From: Alphaproteobacteria bacterium
GTDB lineage: Bacteria > Pseudomonadota > Alphaproteobacteria > Bin95
NCBI GenBank assembly: GCA_965205265.1
Contig: CBDBGH010000003.1
Coordinates: forward strand, 5,024,001 to 5,088,000
Direction: 5' to 3'
Length of the DNA: 64,000 nucleotides
Numbering within the stretch: position 1 is the first letter of the stretch; each line of letters begins with the position of its first letter. The notes under the pieces are model-generated. The model was given only the letters and a program-made list of their open reading frames with translations, did no database searches and was not told the origin of the DNA. Positions 41,523 through 50,123 of the stretch are shown here, piece by piece. Both the position numbers and the translations under genes were made by a program.

Positions 41523-41957
41523 TCACTCCCTTCGCGCCTGGCGCAGGCCCGGATAGACCGCCAGGCCGCAGAACCGACCGCAGCGCTCGCAGCGGAACAC
41601 CCGGGCGGGACGGTCGGGCCCGAAGGGCCGGGTTCCGGACCGCCCCGCCGGTATGCGCGCCACATCAGGACGCCGGCGCGCGACGGTCAAAGGGTGATGC
41701 GTCACTTTCTGCGCGATGGCCCGAACTGCCGGCTGCCGCACACGGCGCCGTTCGCGGTAGCGCCGCTGGCGCTCGGCATGCTTGTGACGGCCCCGGCGGC
41801 TGTTCTGGTAGCGCTGCCCCGCAAGGCGCACCGACCGACGCCGCGCCCGCCCGCTGCAACGCGGCGAACAGTAGATATGGCCAGAGTCGCAGCGCCGGCA
41901 GAGAACCACCTGGCGGCGGCACAGGGCGCAGGTGAACAGGCGGGCGGCGTTCCTCAT
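41523..41957 (-). CDS. Cys-rich basic IS21-associated protein
   Basis: CALC...CRRCD.G.IYCS.RC and Arg-rich helix upstream of istA. Confidence 0.65.
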   Translation of the reverse strand: MRNAARLFTCALCRRQVVLCRRCDSGHIYCSPRCSGRARRRSVRLAGQRYQNSRRGRHKHAERQRRYRERRRVRQPAVRAIAQKVTHHPLTVARRRPDVARIPAGRSGTRPFGPDRPARVFRCERCGRFCGLAVYPGLRQARRE

Positions 41958-42186
41958 CGCGACCGATGAGAACGGGGTGGACCCACGCCCGGACGCGCAC
42001 GATACTGCGCTTCCGGGCCGCGCCTTGCATGGCTCGGGGGGTGCGGCGCCGGTCGTTGCCACCAAGCCAACGGGGCCGGCGCCGCATCGTTCTCAGAAGC
42101 CCCAGTCTACCCCCTGCCGCAGCCCGGGAACGGCCAACCCGGTCGCCAGGACGTCGCCGCCCTCCGGGAGGCGAAAATCTCAACGC

Positions 42187-42243
42187 GACGGGGGCCGAGG
42201 ACTCCGGTCGGGCTACGCCCTCCTTCCGTCCTCGGCCCCCGTC
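42187..42243. repeat. Stem-loop element in the IS21 #2 leader
   Basis: 16-bp stem enclosing TCCGGTCGGGCTACGCCCTCCTTCC. Confidence 0.7.
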
Positions 42244-42339
42244 ATAAACCCGGCCGCGCCTGTCTCACGCTGTTTGTCGTGCGCACCACAAAAGCGCGCT
42301 ACGCCAGCAAATATGCGCCCTTTATGATAATCACCGACA

Positions 42340-42382
42340 GCCGGGGGATGCAGACCGGATCGGACATGTCGGCGTCGGGCAT
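42340..42382 (-). pseudogene. N-terminus of the interrupted DUF6878-like gene
   Basis: AGGAG RBS, then MPDADMSDPVCIPR continuing as LAALRDRMHETG at 38248. Confidence 0.78.
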
Positions 42383-42406
42383 CGGGTTTTCTCCTGTACC
42401 GGAACG

Positions 42407-43144
42407 CTAGGGTTCCGACGTGTCCGGCGCCGGCAATCCAACAAGCCGGAGCGGCGGGTCGTAAACGGTTGTCTCCTCGTAGAACCCCATATGCAGGGTA
42501 GCCTCGTCGGGAGTGATGGTCACCGTGCCGTTGCCGCCCTCGTTGGTCTCCCATCCGCGATAGTGGTGACTGACGGTGCCGGCTGCGAAGCCTACGGCGA
42601 AACGGTCGAAGGAGGTCCCGTCGCCGACATCGAGATGGCGGGCGGTCTCGGGCACGATGTGCCGGAGTTGAATGTTCCCTTCGTCGCTGTAGCCGGAGCA
42701 CTCCAGCTCGACACGTTCGACATTGTTGGCGCGCATCCATGCCTGGACCTTGCGGGTGGCGGGACTGCCCGAGAGGTCATCAGGATCCCGCAGGGCAAGC
42801 TCCTGCTCGTAGCGTCCGAAAGCGAGCGTGGCCTCGTCGGGCCCGATCGAGACGGTCCCGTTGCTGCCCGTGTCGATCTCCCAGCCCCTGCGGTGCTCGT
42901 GGAGCACGTCGTAGCCGACACGACGGGCAAAGTCTGCCAGGGACCTGTCGCCGACTTGCATGTCCAGGGCCTCCGGCGGCGAAACGCTGCGAAGATCCAC
43001 CCGCCCTTCGTCCCCATAACCGTCGAATTCGAGTTCGACGCCCGTGACGGCGTTCTCCTGCATCCACTCCTGCAGCCGAAGCAGTGCGGGGGGCGCCAGC
43101 CCCTCAAGCGTGGGCCCGGGACCGTCGGGAGCGTATCCGGTCAT
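42407..43144 (-). CDS. Tandem DUF6878-like protein
   Basis: Two copies of WM..N.V..VELE..GY.DEG...GWE...G.NGTV. Confidence 0.82.
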   Translation of the reverse strand: MTGYAPDGPGPTLEGLAPPALLRLQEWMQENAVTGVELEFDGYGDEGRVDLRSVSPPEALDMQVGDRSLADFARRVGYDVLHEHRRGWEIDTGSNGTVSIGPDEATLAFGRYEQELALRDPDDLSGSPATRKVQAWMRANNVERVELECSGYSDEGNIQLRHIVPETARHLDVGDGTSFDRFAVGFAAGTVSHHYRGWETNEGGNGTVTITPDEATLHMGFYEETTVYDPPLRLVGLPAPDTSEP

Positions 43145-43161
43145 CGCGATTCCTTCCCGGG

Positions 43162-43914
43162 TCAGGGCGAAGGGGCCTCTCCGGCCGCGGGCGCCGGTTC
43201 GGCTTCGAGACGGATCGGGTCCCGTACCTTGAAGTCCTCGTCATAATAGCCGAGCGAGATTACCGCCGAGCCCGGCTTGACCACGAGGGTGCCGTTACCG
43301 CCGAAATTGTTCTCCCAGCCGGGATAGAGCTTGTCCGCGAGCGTGCAGCCCAGCCGGTCGATGAACGGAGCCAGATTGTCGCCGTCGATCCCCGTGGCCG
43401 GCCAGTCCGGCTGGACATTCGTCACGGTGGCCCGGCCGGTGTCGCCATAGCCGTCGAGCCCGATCTCCACCTCCGGGATGCCGTGCTGCTTCATCCAGCT
43501 CTGCAGAACGGCGAGTTCGGGTGCGAGCGGATTGCCGTGGAGTTCCACCGCCTCGCGCTCCTGCATGAACATGTTCCGTGTGCCGAATTCCAGCTCCGCC
43601 GCGTCGGGCCTGATGACAATGTTGCCGGCACTGCCGTCATTGTCCTCCCACCCGAAGAAATGCCGGTCCAGGATGGCGACCGCCAATTTAGCGACGAAGC
43701 TGTGGAGGTCCTTCCCGGCGATCTGTACGCCCGGGTCCTGCTTCGGATGGATGTCCAGCACTTCGGCGCTGCCATTGTCGGAATAACCGTCGAACGTGAC
43801 TTCGATGATTGTGACGCCGCGCTCCTTCATCCAGTTCTGGAGAACGGCGAGTTCGGCGGACACCTTCAGCGGCTGGAGCGGTTCCGCGGAAGCGCTGGAG
43901 TCTTCTTGGGTCAT
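43162..43914 (-). CDS. Tandem DUF6878-like protein
   Basis: FDGYSDNG...GWEDNDGSAG; LDGYGDTG...PGWENNFGGNG. Confidence 0.82.
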   Translation of the reverse strand: MTQEDSSASAEPLQPLKVSAELAVLQNWMKERGVTIIEVTFDGYSDNGSAEVLDIHPKQDPGVQIAGKDLHSFVAKLAVAILDRHFFGWEDNDGSAGNIVIRPDAAELEFGTRNMFMQEREAVELHGNPLAPELAVLQSWMKQHGIPEVEIGLDGYGDTGRATVTNVQPDWPATGIDGDNLAPFIDRLGCTLADKLYPGWENNFGGNGTLVVKPGSAVISLGYYDEDFKVRDPIRLEAEPAPAAGEAPSP

Positions 43915-43931
43915 CGGCTGTGTTCCTCGTC

Positions 43932-44660
43932 TCAGGGTGAAGGGGCGGTCTCCGGCTCCGGGGCGGGGACAAGGGCCCGCTCCTCGTAGCGGAACCTTTC
44001 CTCGCGCCGGCCGAATTCGAGCAGGGCGCTCTCCTGGGTGAATTCGATCCCGCCTTCCCCGCCCAGATCGTCCTCCCAGTCGCCGTGCGTCCGGGAAAGG
44101 AGTTCGTCGAGGAAGGTCATGAAATGGTCGAAGTCTTTACCGGCTATTTGGATATTGCGGGCCTCCGGCGGGTCGGTGTCCCGGACCTCCACCACTCCCT
44201 CGTCATTGTAGCCATTGATGGAGACGAGTATGCCGCGGACGCCGTTCTCCTTCATCCACCCGTGAAGGATGGCGACCTCGGGCGCGCCGGTCTCGGCCAG
44301 ATCGACCGGCTCGCCCCATTGGATCTCCTCGCTGCGCTTGCCGAAATTCAGGGACGCCATTCCGGGCTCGATATGGATGCTGCCGGAAGCCCCCTCGTCG
44401 TCTTCCCAGCCGTCCGCAAAGGCATTGAGTATTTCATCGCCGAAATCGACCACCGATTTCTCGAGATCCTGACCGTTGATCCGCAGGGAGCGGGCGTGGC
44501 GCGGGGCGATGTCCGCCATCTCCACTTCGCCTTCATCCCCGTAGCCGTGGAAACCGACAACGATGGTCTCGACGCCGTTCTCCCTCATCCACGCCTGAAG
44601 TGTGGCCAGGGAATGGGGTGCCTCATATGGCGGGGCTGCTGTCTGGGGAGGTTCGTTCAT
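43932..44660 (-). CDS. Tandem DUF6878-like protein
   Basis: FHGYGDEG...GWEDDEGASG; NGYNDEG...DWEDDLGGEG. Confidence 0.82.
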   Translation of the reverse strand: MNEPPQTAAPPYEAPHSLATLQAWMRENGVETIVVGFHGYGDEGEVEMADIAPRHARSLRINGQDLEKSVVDFGDEILNAFADGWEDDEGASGSIHIEPGMASLNFGKRSEEIQWGEPVDLAETGAPEVAILHGWMKENGVRGILVSINGYNDEGVVEVRDTDPPEARNIQIAGKDFDHFMTFLDELLSRTHGDWEDDLGGEGGIEFTQESALLEFGRREERFRYEERALVPAPEPETAPSP

Positions 44661-44697
44661 CGGTCCGGTCTCCTTGTCACGGCGATAGGGTGGCCTG

Positions 44698-45099
44698 TCA
44701 GGGCCCTGGTTGGACCTCTTCGGCCCGCTCCTTCGGGCCGCCGACAACCAGGTCGGGTTGAGCGACCAGCTCGCGCCAGCCGAATTCGATACGCGCGCCG
44801 TCGGGCGTGAACTCGATGGCCCCGCCGCTGCCGTCATTGTCCTGCCAGCCGGAGTAGAATTCGGCGAGCATGTCGCTTGCGAGACCGCATACGAACTCTT
44901 CAAGTTCCCGGCCGCTTATGGACCGTTCGAAGGCGTCCTCCGGCTCGCTCTCCACGCCGTAGACCGACCCCTCGTCCCCGAAGCCGTTGAAGGCGACGCC
45001 GAGCGAGGAGACATTCTGCTCGCGCATCCAGGCGCGCAGCGTGTCGAGATCCCCGAAATTGCCGGGGACAGGCTCGGTCGGACGGGCGGAATCGCTCAT
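44698..45099 (-). CDS. Single-domain DUF6878-like protein
   Basis: FNGFGDEG...YSGWQDNDGSGG. Confidence 0.82.
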   Translation of the reverse strand: MSDSARPTEPVPGNFGDLDTLRAWMREQNVSSLGVAFNGFGDEGSVYGVESEPEDAFERSISGRELEEFVCGLASDMLAEFYSGWQDNDGSGGAIEFTPDGARIEFGWRELVAQPDLVVGGPKERAEEVQPGP

Positions 45100-45113
45100 T
45101 GCGTTGCTCCCCT

Positions 45114-45914
45114 TCAGGGCTGCGGCAGGCCCGCCGGGGTAGCGGGCCCGGCCTCCTCGCGGGGGTCGGGATCGAAGGTTAGCCAGAAGGTGTCGCCGTC
45201 GATATGGACCCGGGCCTCGCGGTCCGCGTCGAACCATCGGGGATGTTCAACCAGCAGAAGGTCCAGGGAAAGCTCCTTAAGGAGCTGGCCCAGTTCCCGG
45301 TCCGAGGTCTTCCACGGTCTGGTCGACCACGTTCCGTCGTCCGGGTCTCGGGACAGGTGCCGGATGCCGTCGAGCGCCGGGGCCGGATGCCTCAGCTTCT
45401 CCGGATGCCGGTCCACGACGATTTCATCGAGCCGCAGTTTGCCGTTTGTGGATTCGAACCTCACTTCGATCCCTCCCAGCTCGTGCCGGCGCAGGGTTGC
45501 GAGCAATTGCTCGAGGTTCCCGGTGGCCAGGTCGCCGGCCATGCGCAGATGGCTGGTCGTCATGTCGAGATCGGTCGAGATGAAGGGAAGATAGGCGAAA
45601 CTGGCCGCCAGCGGGCTGTTATGCCCGAAATAGGACATGAACGCCCCGTGCATGGCTTTCCTCACCTCGGGGGTGTAGCGGTGCAGGGGCAGAGTGCTCC
45701 AGGTCTTCAGCAGGAAGGCCTGCTGACCGGAGGTCCGGACATGAACCCCCGGACCGTCATAGGCGTCATCCTCATAGGCGATACGCACCAATTCGCAGGC
45801 CGGGCCCCGGCTGTCCGGATCGGGGTCGGCCGTCCGGCGCGCGAATTGCCGGAGGAACTCGATATCGCGGGCGGCCTTGCGCCCCGTGACGGTGTTCAGC
45901 AGCTTCTCCATCAT
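45114..45914 (-). CDS. Hypothetical protein, divergent member of the paralog family
   Basis: LVRIAY N-domain plus NLEQLL..LR..E...IEVRF...EHP; similar to 45911..46765. Confidence 0.7.
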   Translation of the reverse strand: MMEKLLNTVTGRKAARDIEFLRQFARRTADPDPDSRGPACELVRIAYEDDAYDGPGVHVRTSGQQAFLLKTWSTLPLHRYTPEVRKAMHGAFMSYFGHNSPLAASFAYLPFISTDLDMTTSHLRMAGDLATGNLEQLLATLRRHELGGIEVRFESTNGKLRLDEIVVDRHPEKLRHPAPALDGIRHLSRDPDDGTWSTRPWKTSDRELGQLLKELSLDLLLVEHPRWFDADREARVHIDGDTFWLTFDPDPREEAGPATPAGLPQP

Positions 45915-46765
45915 GGCGAGGGGCCGTCCTCGTCATGCACGCTGCCAGGTTCGCGTTCCGGTTCGAAGACCAGCGGTCTGAAGCTGATCGAGACAATGGC
46001 GGTGCGGGGGTCGCCTGCACTGTCGCCCAGGCCGGAGAGCACGATGGAGCAGTCGGCGTCCGTGCCGAACAGTTCGGGGTGCTCGAGGCAGACCGTGTCG
46101 ACCGCAACGCGGAACAGCATGTCCCAGTAGTCCGCTTCCGGCTCGTTCCATGGCATGGCGGACAGGGTGCCGTCGGGCTGCATGACCGGCTGCTCGAGCC
46201 CGTCGGGCGGGGGTTGGGCGGAATCGATTTCCGTGTCCCTGGGAACGTGGTCGATGCGGTTTACCCAGAGGTCCCCGCCAACGGACGAGAAGTCGATGCG
46301 GAAATGAACGACATTCTCGCGGAGGCCGGGCAAAAGGCGCTCCAGGTTGCGCTCCGCGACGGCCTTCAGGACTCCGGGCAACGCTTCCCGTTCTCCGGGC
46401 TCCATAATGCGGACCAGATCCTGCGTCGGCGACGGGAAGAACCCGTAGCCCGCCTGGGCCAGATGGTTTCTGGCGGCGCCGACGGCGTCGCGGACGGCCG
46501 GTGTCTGCCTGTGCGGCGGCATCCGGCGCCAGACATGCAGGCAGGCGGCGAACTCGTGCGGGTCGCGCGGCTCGATGCCGGGGTCGGCACGGTTCCCGCG
46601 TCCATAGGCAAGGCGCACGAGCCGGGCCGGAGCGTCGTAACCGGCGATGTCCAGGTCGTCGAAGCCGTCGGGAAAGTCCTCCCGGAATCCCTGCTCCAGC
46701 AGGAACTCGACATCCTCCGTCAGCTGCTCGCGCGACGCGCCGGATATGGAGGCGGGGAGGGCCAT
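45911..46765 (-). CDS. Hypothetical protein, paralog of 45114..45914
   Basis: LVRLAY...W...P.HR.TP.VR; NLERLL..LR...EHP. Confidence 0.7.
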   Translation of the reverse strand: MALPASISGASREQLTEDVEFLLEQGFREDFPDGFDDLDIAGYDAPARLVRLAYGRGNRADPGIEPRDPHEFAACLHVWRRMPPHRQTPAVRDAVGAARNHLAQAGYGFFPSPTQDLVRIMEPGEREALPGVLKAVAERNLERLLPGLRENVVHFRIDFSSVGGDLWVNRIDHVPRDTEIDSAQPPPDGLEQPVMQPDGTLSAMPWNEPEADYWDMLFRVAVDTVCLEHPELFGTDADCSIVLSGLGDSAGDPRTAIVSISFRPLVFEPEREPGSVHDEDGPSP

Positions 46766-47556
46766 CAGGGGGCCGGGGCCTCCGGCCTGTCGTCGAGCGG
46801 TGCCGGTTCGGCATAGACGATGGAACCGGCATAATCGGGATGCACGAGCCTTTGTTCCCGGATGCCGAGATCCAGATTGGCCTCGCCGCCTTCCACCATG
46901 ACGGTGGCGCGGCCGCCCGGTCCGTTGCTCCAGTCATCATTGGCGCGGTCAGCGATGTCCCGGGCAAGCATCTTCATGGCGGCCGCGAATGCGAGCGGCC
47001 CGGCCGGTTCGCGTATCCATGTGTCGTCGGGACCGCGGACGACAGCCTGAAAGCCGTCGACTACCGTGATGCTCCCGTCGGCCGAATCCGGCGAGACCGC
47101 GATGTCCTCAAGAGTGGCATGGCCGTCCCTGCCGTTGAGCGTCACCGCGATTTCACCGATGTCCTGCCCCTCCATGAGAGAAGAGAGGATTGCCAGGTTG
47201 TGGCCGTTGGCGACCGCGAGCGCTTCGACCCTTGTCCGGGCATCCACGGGATCCCGGAAGAGATCTTCTCCGGTTCGCAGACCGAGAAGGCGCCTGGCGT
47301 CCGGCCCGGCCCGGCCAGGGTGGATCCTCAGCTCGGAAGCCGGCTGGCCGGGGGCGTCGTAGAAGGCGTGGCCGATCTCGACGGCGCCGGCGATACGGTC
47401 GGACATATCGTCCGGTTCCGCGGGTCTCCAGGCAACGCCCATCGAGAGCAGCTGCATGGCCTGGTTGGCAGCGTCGCCCACCTCCCAGAAACGGCCTCCG
47501 TCCTCAAGCCAGACGGTGCCGTCGGTCCGGTTTTCGTAGAGTCTGCGTTCGCCCAT
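46765..47556 (-). CDS. Hypothetical protein with divergent DUF6878-like C-domain
   Basis: RRLYE..D..VWL N-domain; HNLAIL..LM...I.EI.V...DWSNG.GG. Confidence 0.7.
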   Translation of the reverse strand: MGERRLYENRTDGTVWLEDGGRFWEVGDAANQAMQLLSMGVAWRPAEPDDMSDRIAGAVEIGHAFYDAPGQPASELRIHPGRAGPDARRLLGLRTGEDLFRDPVDARTRVEALAVANGHNLAILSSLMEGQDIGEIAVTLNGRDGHATLEDIAVSPDSADGSITVVDGFQAVVRGPDDTWIREPAGPLAFAAAMKMLARDIADRANDDWSNGPGGRATVMVEGGEANLDLGIREQRLVHPDYAGSIVYAEPAPLDDRPEAPAP

Positions 47557-47655
47557 GGAACGATTCTCCCCTGGCCGCTGCCCGCGCACGGGGAAGAGTA
47601 ATCCCGGACCGTGAAAACTCACACAGGGCCGCAGGCGCCATGCGGCCGGTCCGCG

Positions 47656-48465
47656 TCAGGGGGACGGGCTGTCCGCCGGTTCGTCCGCCGGCAACTTCCG
47701 GTGTGCGCCGGAAAAGGTCGTGCCGACCTGGGCCGTTTCGACCTGCCTCATGCTGACGGACAGATGCGCCTCTCCCTCGGAAAAGGTGATGACGCCGACG
47801 CTTCCAAGCTCGTCGTTCCAGTCGCTGTCGAAGAGATCGAGCATATCGAACGAGAGACGGCCGAGCGCCGCCTCAACGGTGCAGGACGGGGCCGCCCGGC
47901 GCGTCCACATGCGGGCATCGTCCGGAACGACCTCCTGAAGGCCGCGCAGGCGGGTTCCGAGGAGGTCGTAGGCAGCGGCGTCGGGATTGCCGGTGATCGA
48001 AACGACCTGGCCGGCCCGGTCGCGGCCGCGGAATTCCACGGAGATGCTGTGGACCCCGCCTTTTTCCATGCGGGACAGGATCTGGTGGAGATTGTGTTCG
48101 GTGGCCCTGTTGCGTTCGTCGAAATGTCGCCGCCAGGATCCCTTCGGGGGCTCCGGGTCATGTGTGACCTCCGTCCCGAAACCGAAAGCCCGATGCCCGG
48201 CCGGCCCCATGCGATCGAAATGGACCTGGAGATGGTCGGCATTGCGGTTCGGCGGCGTGAATTCGGAAAAGGCGATGACCGTGGCGCGGTCGAGCGCTTT
48301 GTGCGTGATGCCCCGCGCCGGGGGATAACGGTCTTCCCGGTCGACGCCGTGAAAGAGCGCAGCGCTGGCTGTGTTCATGCCGCCGGTGAGATTCCACACC
48401 TTCCCGGCGTCGTCCAGGAGCCACAATTGCTGGTCGTCGGTTTCGTAGAGTCTGCGCAACGCCAT
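47656..48465 (-). CDS. Hypothetical protein, paralog of 46765..47556
   Basis: RRLYETDD..LWL; HNL..IL..M...GV..I.VEF...DWNDELGSVG. Confidence 0.7.
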   Translation of the reverse strand: MALRRLYETDDQQLWLLDDAGKVWNLTGGMNTASAALFHGVDREDRYPPARGITHKALDRATVIAFSEFTPPNRNADHLQVHFDRMGPAGHRAFGFGTEVTHDPEPPKGSWRRHFDERNRATEHNLHQILSRMEKGGVHSISVEFRGRDRAGQVVSITGNPDAAAYDLLGTRLRGLQEVVPDDARMWTRRAAPSCTVEAALGRLSFDMLDLFDSDWNDELGSVGVITFSEGEAHLSVSMRQVETAQVGTTFSGAHRKLPADEPADSPSP

Positions 48466-48622
48466 GACTGCCGTTCCTCCTGTGCCCGCGAATCAGGTGG
48501 GGTAAGATATAGGCGACATTCCTGAAAGAGCCGAATGCGGCGCGCCCCTGCGGGCGCGTTTCCGGAACAGGAAAAGACCGCCCGGCGCGGTGTCGGCGGC
48601 GGATTTGGAAAGGAAGGGGCCT

Positions 48623-49087
48623 GTGACCAAGGTCGAGATCTTCACGGACGGTTCCTGCCTCGGCAATCCCGGTCCCGGCGGCTGGGCCGCCCTTCTGCGT
48701 GTTGGCGGGAAGGAGAAGGAACTCCTCGGCGGCGAGGCCGCCACCACCAACAACCGCATGGAACTGATGGCGGTCATCGCCGCGCTCGAGGCGTTGAAGC
48801 GCCCGTGCGAGGCGGAGCTGTTTTCCGACAGCCGCTATGTGCTCGACGGCATCACGAAATGGATGGCGAACTGGCGCCGCCGGAACTGGAGGACGGCCTC
48901 GGGAGATCCGGTGAAGAACCGGGACCTGTGGCAGCGTCTGGACCGTGCTGCCGGTCCGCACCGGATCGGATGGAACTGGGTCCGCGGCCATGACGGACAT
49001 CCCGAGAATGAACGCGTCGACGGGCTTGCCAATGCCGAGGCCGCCCGTCAGGCGGAGAAGCGCGCCCCGGCGGCGCCCGCTCTCTAG
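48623..49087 (+). CDS. rnhA: Ribonuclease HI
   Basis: [48 protein letters not shown]. Confidence 0.97.
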   Translation: MTKVEIFTDGSCLGNPGPGGWAALLRVGGKEKELLGGEAATTNNRMELMAVIAALEALKRPCEAELFSDSRYVLDGITKWMANWRRRNWRTASGDPVKNRDLWQRLDRAAGPHRIGWNWVRGHDGHPENERVDGLANAEAARQAEKRAPAAPAL

Positions 49088-49191
49088 CATTGCAATCCGA
49101 TTGACATGGCAATCGGGCAAGCATAGACACGGCAATATCGGGAAAGACCATGCCCGGGAGTCGCCCCGGTTGTCCGGGAAGGGGGAGGCGG

Positions 49192-50052
49192 ATGGAAGAA
49201 TACACCCAGGCCGAAGCCCATATCGTCCGTCTCTGCGGAACAGAGGGGCTTCCGGGCATACAGGCAGCCGGCCGCGACTGGTCGTGGCTGCAGGACGGCG
49301 AGGGCAACCGGGCGGAAGGTTTGCCCGAGCCGGAAGAGCAATACGGGTTCCGGCGATATGAATGGCCGGACGGCTCCGCCATCGTCACGTCGGGGAAGGA
49401 GTGGTTCTTCGGTTTCCACCGCTCCTGGATGGGCTATGACGAGGTCCGGTTCGGCGTCGCCGATTCGGGCGAGAACATTCCCGCGGAATTCACCAATCCG
49501 GCCACGCTCGGTATGGAGGACATGATTCGTCCGCGGGGCGGCCCGGGCCCGTCGGGCACCGCCCGACGGGAACCGGACCCGGGCGGAGGCGGCCAGGAAA
49601 GCGGCGCGGCGGCGCCGGAAACGGCAGGCGTGCCGGTGGAGGCCCCCGGGGCGGGCCGTGGAGCGTCGGAGGACGAGTCCCGGACCGGGTCCCCCGGATC
49701 CGATCGGGGGCAGGCCGGGGCAGGCCCTGAAACCCGCGAGGGCGAGCCTCTTGACGAAGTCATGGGCAGCTTTGAGGAACGGACCCCGAAGCCGGACGAT
49801 CCACCGGACGCCGCGATGGGGGCAGGTGGGGAACAGGACTCTTCGGCAGCCCGGCGCCTCCCTGCGGGGGACGGAGCGGAGAGCCCGCCCGGATTGCCGG
49901 AAATACTGACCGACCGGGACCGCCTGATCTATGTCGCCCTCGAATTCGGGCGTCTCTGGGAAGCGGCGCAGCGCGAGGACGACCCCGCTGTGCGTCTGCG
50001 GGCCGCACGGCTTCGTTCCATCCTGGACTATGGCGAAGGCCGGGACGGCTGA
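49192..50052 (+). CDS. Hypothetical protein with low-complexity middle region
   Basis: GGAGG RBS; globular ends with a Pro/Gly/Glu linker. Confidence 0.6.
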   Translation: MEEYTQAEAHIVRLCGTEGLPGIQAAGRDWSWLQDGEGNRAEGLPEPEEQYGFRRYEWPDGSAIVTSGKEWFFGFHRSWMGYDEVRFGVADSGENIPAEFTNPATLGMEDMIRPRGGPGPSGTARREPDPGGGGQESGAAAPETAGVPVEAPGAGRGASEDESRTGSPGSDRGQAGAGPETREGEPLDEVMGSFEERTPKPDDPPDAAMGAGGEQDSSAARRLPAGDGAESPPGLPEILTDRDRLIYVALEFGRLWEAAQREDDPAVRLRAARLRSILDYGEGRDG

Positions 50053-50123
50053 CGCTTCCGCCACCCGGACGCAAGCCGGTCCGGGACGATATCTGCTGAC
50101 GACCCGGTATCCATGCCAACGGG

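Larger units (their letters stand above)
38254..42339 (-). mobile_element. IS21-family element #2 with passenger genes
   Basis: TG...CA ends; imperfect IRs of about 38 bp sharing AAGGGCG..TATTTGCTGGCG; TSD GCCGG at 38249-38253 and 42340-42344. Confidence 0.88.

Noticed and set aside
35492-42339. CRISPR-associated transposon (dead Cas3 plus nearby IstA/IstB)
   Set aside because: No tniQ or tnsABC; both IS21s are self-contained recent insertions whose TSDs interrupt unrelated genes
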